From contig CAVWVQ010000004.1 in assembly GCA_963758525.1 (NCBI GenBank), forward strand, positions 96,001 through 160,000: a stretch of DNA of 64,000 nucleotides. Reading direction: 5' to 3'. The translations under genes and the position numbers were made by a program. Below, piece by piece: positions 62,236 through 64,000 of the stretch (positions are counted from its first letter, which is position 1; every line of letters begins with the position of its first letter). The DNA comes from an uncultured Phycisphaerales bacterium (GTDB lineage: Bacteria; Planctomycetota; Phycisphaerae; Tepidisphaerales; Tepidisphaeraceae). A model generated the notes under the pieces. The model saw only the letters and a list, made by a program, of their open reading frames with translations. It had not been told where the DNA came from and made no database searches.

Positions 62236-63629
62236 TTTGAATCTCCCGTGGGTTGAGCTTGGGCGGCGGCTGACAACCTGCCTCCGACCGCGCGCTCCAA
62301 CTGCGTGCGGGCGATCCAGTAGTCGCGGCACGCCTCGACATAGGCGCGATTCGCTTCCGCTTCGTTCTGGCGAACCATCAGCAGATCGTAAGTTCCCTTG
62401 AGCATTCCGTTGTATTGTTCGAGCGTGAGGTCCACGATGTGGCGTCGCTGATGCAGCATCGCATTCGTCGCCGTGACCATTGCTCGGAGTGAAAGCATTC
62501 GATCCTGCGCCTCGCGGACCTGGGATGTTGCGTCAACGGCGACGGCCATGCAGCGATCCTGCGCCGCGCGAAGCTGCGCCTCCGCCCGGCTCACGCGCTC
62601 CTGTCCCTGATCGAAAATCGGAATCTGCAGCGAGAGGGTCGGCCCCGTGACGCGCTGGCCGTCGGGGGTGCGCTCCGTATCGACGCCAAACTGCACAGCG
62701 GCGAAATATCGGAAGCCCCGCGTGACCGACACCGCCTGCTCCAGTGACGCGAGTTCAACGCGTGCCGCCTGGAGATCCAGCCGTTCGTGAAGGGCGCGCT
62801 GCTCCAGTTGCGCGGTCTCCATTTCACGGGGCGGAAGCTGAGGAAGACCTGGCACCAGGGTCCAGCCTGTCTGCGCGAGGTCCAGGCCCATGAGCCGATT
62901 CAGTTGCTCGCGGTCGGCGTCGAGCTGCTGACCTGCCGTCGCCACATCCAGCCGGGACTGCGCAGCCAGCATCTGCTGATTGGCCAGTCCGAGTTCATCG
63001 ATCGTGCCGGCATCAAACTGCCGTTGCGACAGCTCCGCCGCGGTCTGGTTCGATTCAGAGATGATTCGCAGTCGATCGAGCAACTGTTCGCGCGCTTGCA
63101 TGGTATATGCCGCGATCTTCACATCAGCGGCCAATTGCACGACATGATCGGCCACCATGAGCTTCGCATGCTCAAAGTCAGCTGCCGCCACCTTTCTGCG
63201 AAGCGGCAGGATGAGCAGATCGAGAAAATCCTGCTCGACCGAAAGCTCGGTATCGGTTCCATGTGGCGCTTGGTCGGGCAGACGGAAGCTGGCAAAAAAG
63301 ACCGGATTGTGCAGAAGCCCCGCCTGCACCAGGTCTGCTTGGGAAATTGCCAGATCCTCGAGAACCGCCTGCAGCGAACGATTGTTCAGCAGCGCAATCT
63401 CCACGGCCGCATCGACGGTGATCGGGCGCGCCAGCAGAGCGTTCACCGCCGCTTTCGCTCGATCATCCCCAATCGTCCGGCCGCGCCATTCCAACGTTTG
63501 GCCGATGCGCAGCGTTGTCATGCGCTGAACGCTCTCAAAGCCCGTATCCGGGTGCGGCGAAAAGCACCCGCAAAGCGCAGGGATGAAGCTGAGTAGCAGG
63601 AAGCTCGGCGGCTGCACAGGGAAGCTCAT
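62232..63629 (-). CDS. TolC-family lipoprotein (copper-locus type); alternative start 63659
   Basis: lipobox LCGC; AVEIALLNN..LQA, ADLVQAGLL.NP, IPIFDQG, YNGM, LERAVGG. Confidence 0.9.
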   Translation of the reverse strand: MSFPVQPPSFLLLSFIPALCGCFSPHPDTGFESVQRMTTLRIGQTLEWRGRTIGDDRAKAAVNALLARPITVDAAVEIALLNNRSLQAVLEDLAISQADLVQAGLLHNPVFFASFRLPDQAPHGTDTELSVEQDFLDLLILPLRRKVAAADFEHAKLMVADHVVQLAADVKIAAYTMQAREQLLDRLRIISESNQTAAELSQRQFDAGTIDELGLANQQMLAAQSRLDVATAGQQLDADREQLNRLMGLDLAQTGWTLVPGLPQLPPREMETAQLEQRALHERLDLQAARVELASLEQAVSVTRGFRYFAAVQFGVDTERTPDGQRVTGPTLSLQIPIFDQGQERVSRAEAQLRAAQDRCMAVAVDATSQVREAQDRMLSLRAMVTATNAMLHQRRHIVDLTLEQYNGMLKGTYDLLMVRQNEAEANRAYVEACRDYWIARTQLERAVGGRLSAAAQAQPTGDSK

Positions 63630-63660
63630 GAGTTTGCGCGCTTGCCACAAATAAGCCATC

Positions 63661-64000
63661 TCACGGTGCGCGGAACGAAGACGACATGTCGGCGGGTGCT
63701 CGCTCCACCGTTTTGAGTTTCTTCTTCCCGCCATAGCGCGCGGTCATGTCAGCGATAAATCGATCGAACGCGTCCGCGTCGAGGGGCATATCGACTGCGG
63801 TTCGCGTCAATCCGGCCATCTGCATGGCGTTGCCCAATTCCAATGCAATCGCGCCGTCCTCGCCGGGGGCGATCAACGCTTCGCCGTGCAGAATCGCGTT
63901 CACGAAGTTCTGCGTGATGATCTGATGCCCCTCGCTGGAACCCGCGGGGATCGGCACATCGCGAACCGTCGTCTTGATCTGCGCGAACGGCTCGGGGCTG
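63661..64000 (-). CDS. Gfo/Idh/MocA oxidoreductase C-terminus (partial, runs off window)
   Basis: H...QNFVNAIL.GE.LIAPGEDG..ALELGNAM pattern. Confidence 0.65.
   Translation of the reverse strand, partial: SPEPFAQIKTTVRDVPIPAGSSEGHQIITQNFVNAILHGEALIAPGEDGAIALELGNAMQMAGLTRTAVDMPLDADAFDRFIADMTARYGGKKKLKTVERAPADMSSSFRAP

Overview
High-GC bacterial chromosomal window, most likely a planctomycete (inferred from a DUF1549/DUF1553-type protein, a PQQ-like propeller and a Uma2 gene). It is mostly core and metabolic genes: tig, a tripartite RND pump, MFS, two ABC systems, mgtE, tyrS, trpC, a five-gene beta-oxidation operon, maf, GTP-dependent PEPCK, lutABC, and TolC plus multicopper oxidase. About 11 genes carry single 1-2 nt frameshifts, several in homopolymers or GC dinucleotide runs, which looks like uncorrected long-read error. 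No rRNA, tRNA, CRISPR array, integrase or transposase was seen. Four things stand out. (1) At least five families of short palindromic REP/MITE-like repeats, including a triple-nested, 144-bp, CTA-flanked insertion that stays in frame inside fadJ; further repeats are translated as protein termini. (2) A PHP-phosphoesterase/degenerate-GT4 fusion coupled to a GT28 MGDG-synthase-like gene, beside a lipase and a flippase: a candidate undescribed glycolipid-remodelling locus. (3) Three toxin-antitoxin modules: BrnT/BrnA-like and RES/Xre with damaged toxins but intact antitoxins, and an intact MenA1/MenT1-like pair. (4) Seven genes with a -10 box 5-8 nt before the start codon, suggesting widespread leaderless translation. 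All family calls come from motif recognition by eye, not database searches.
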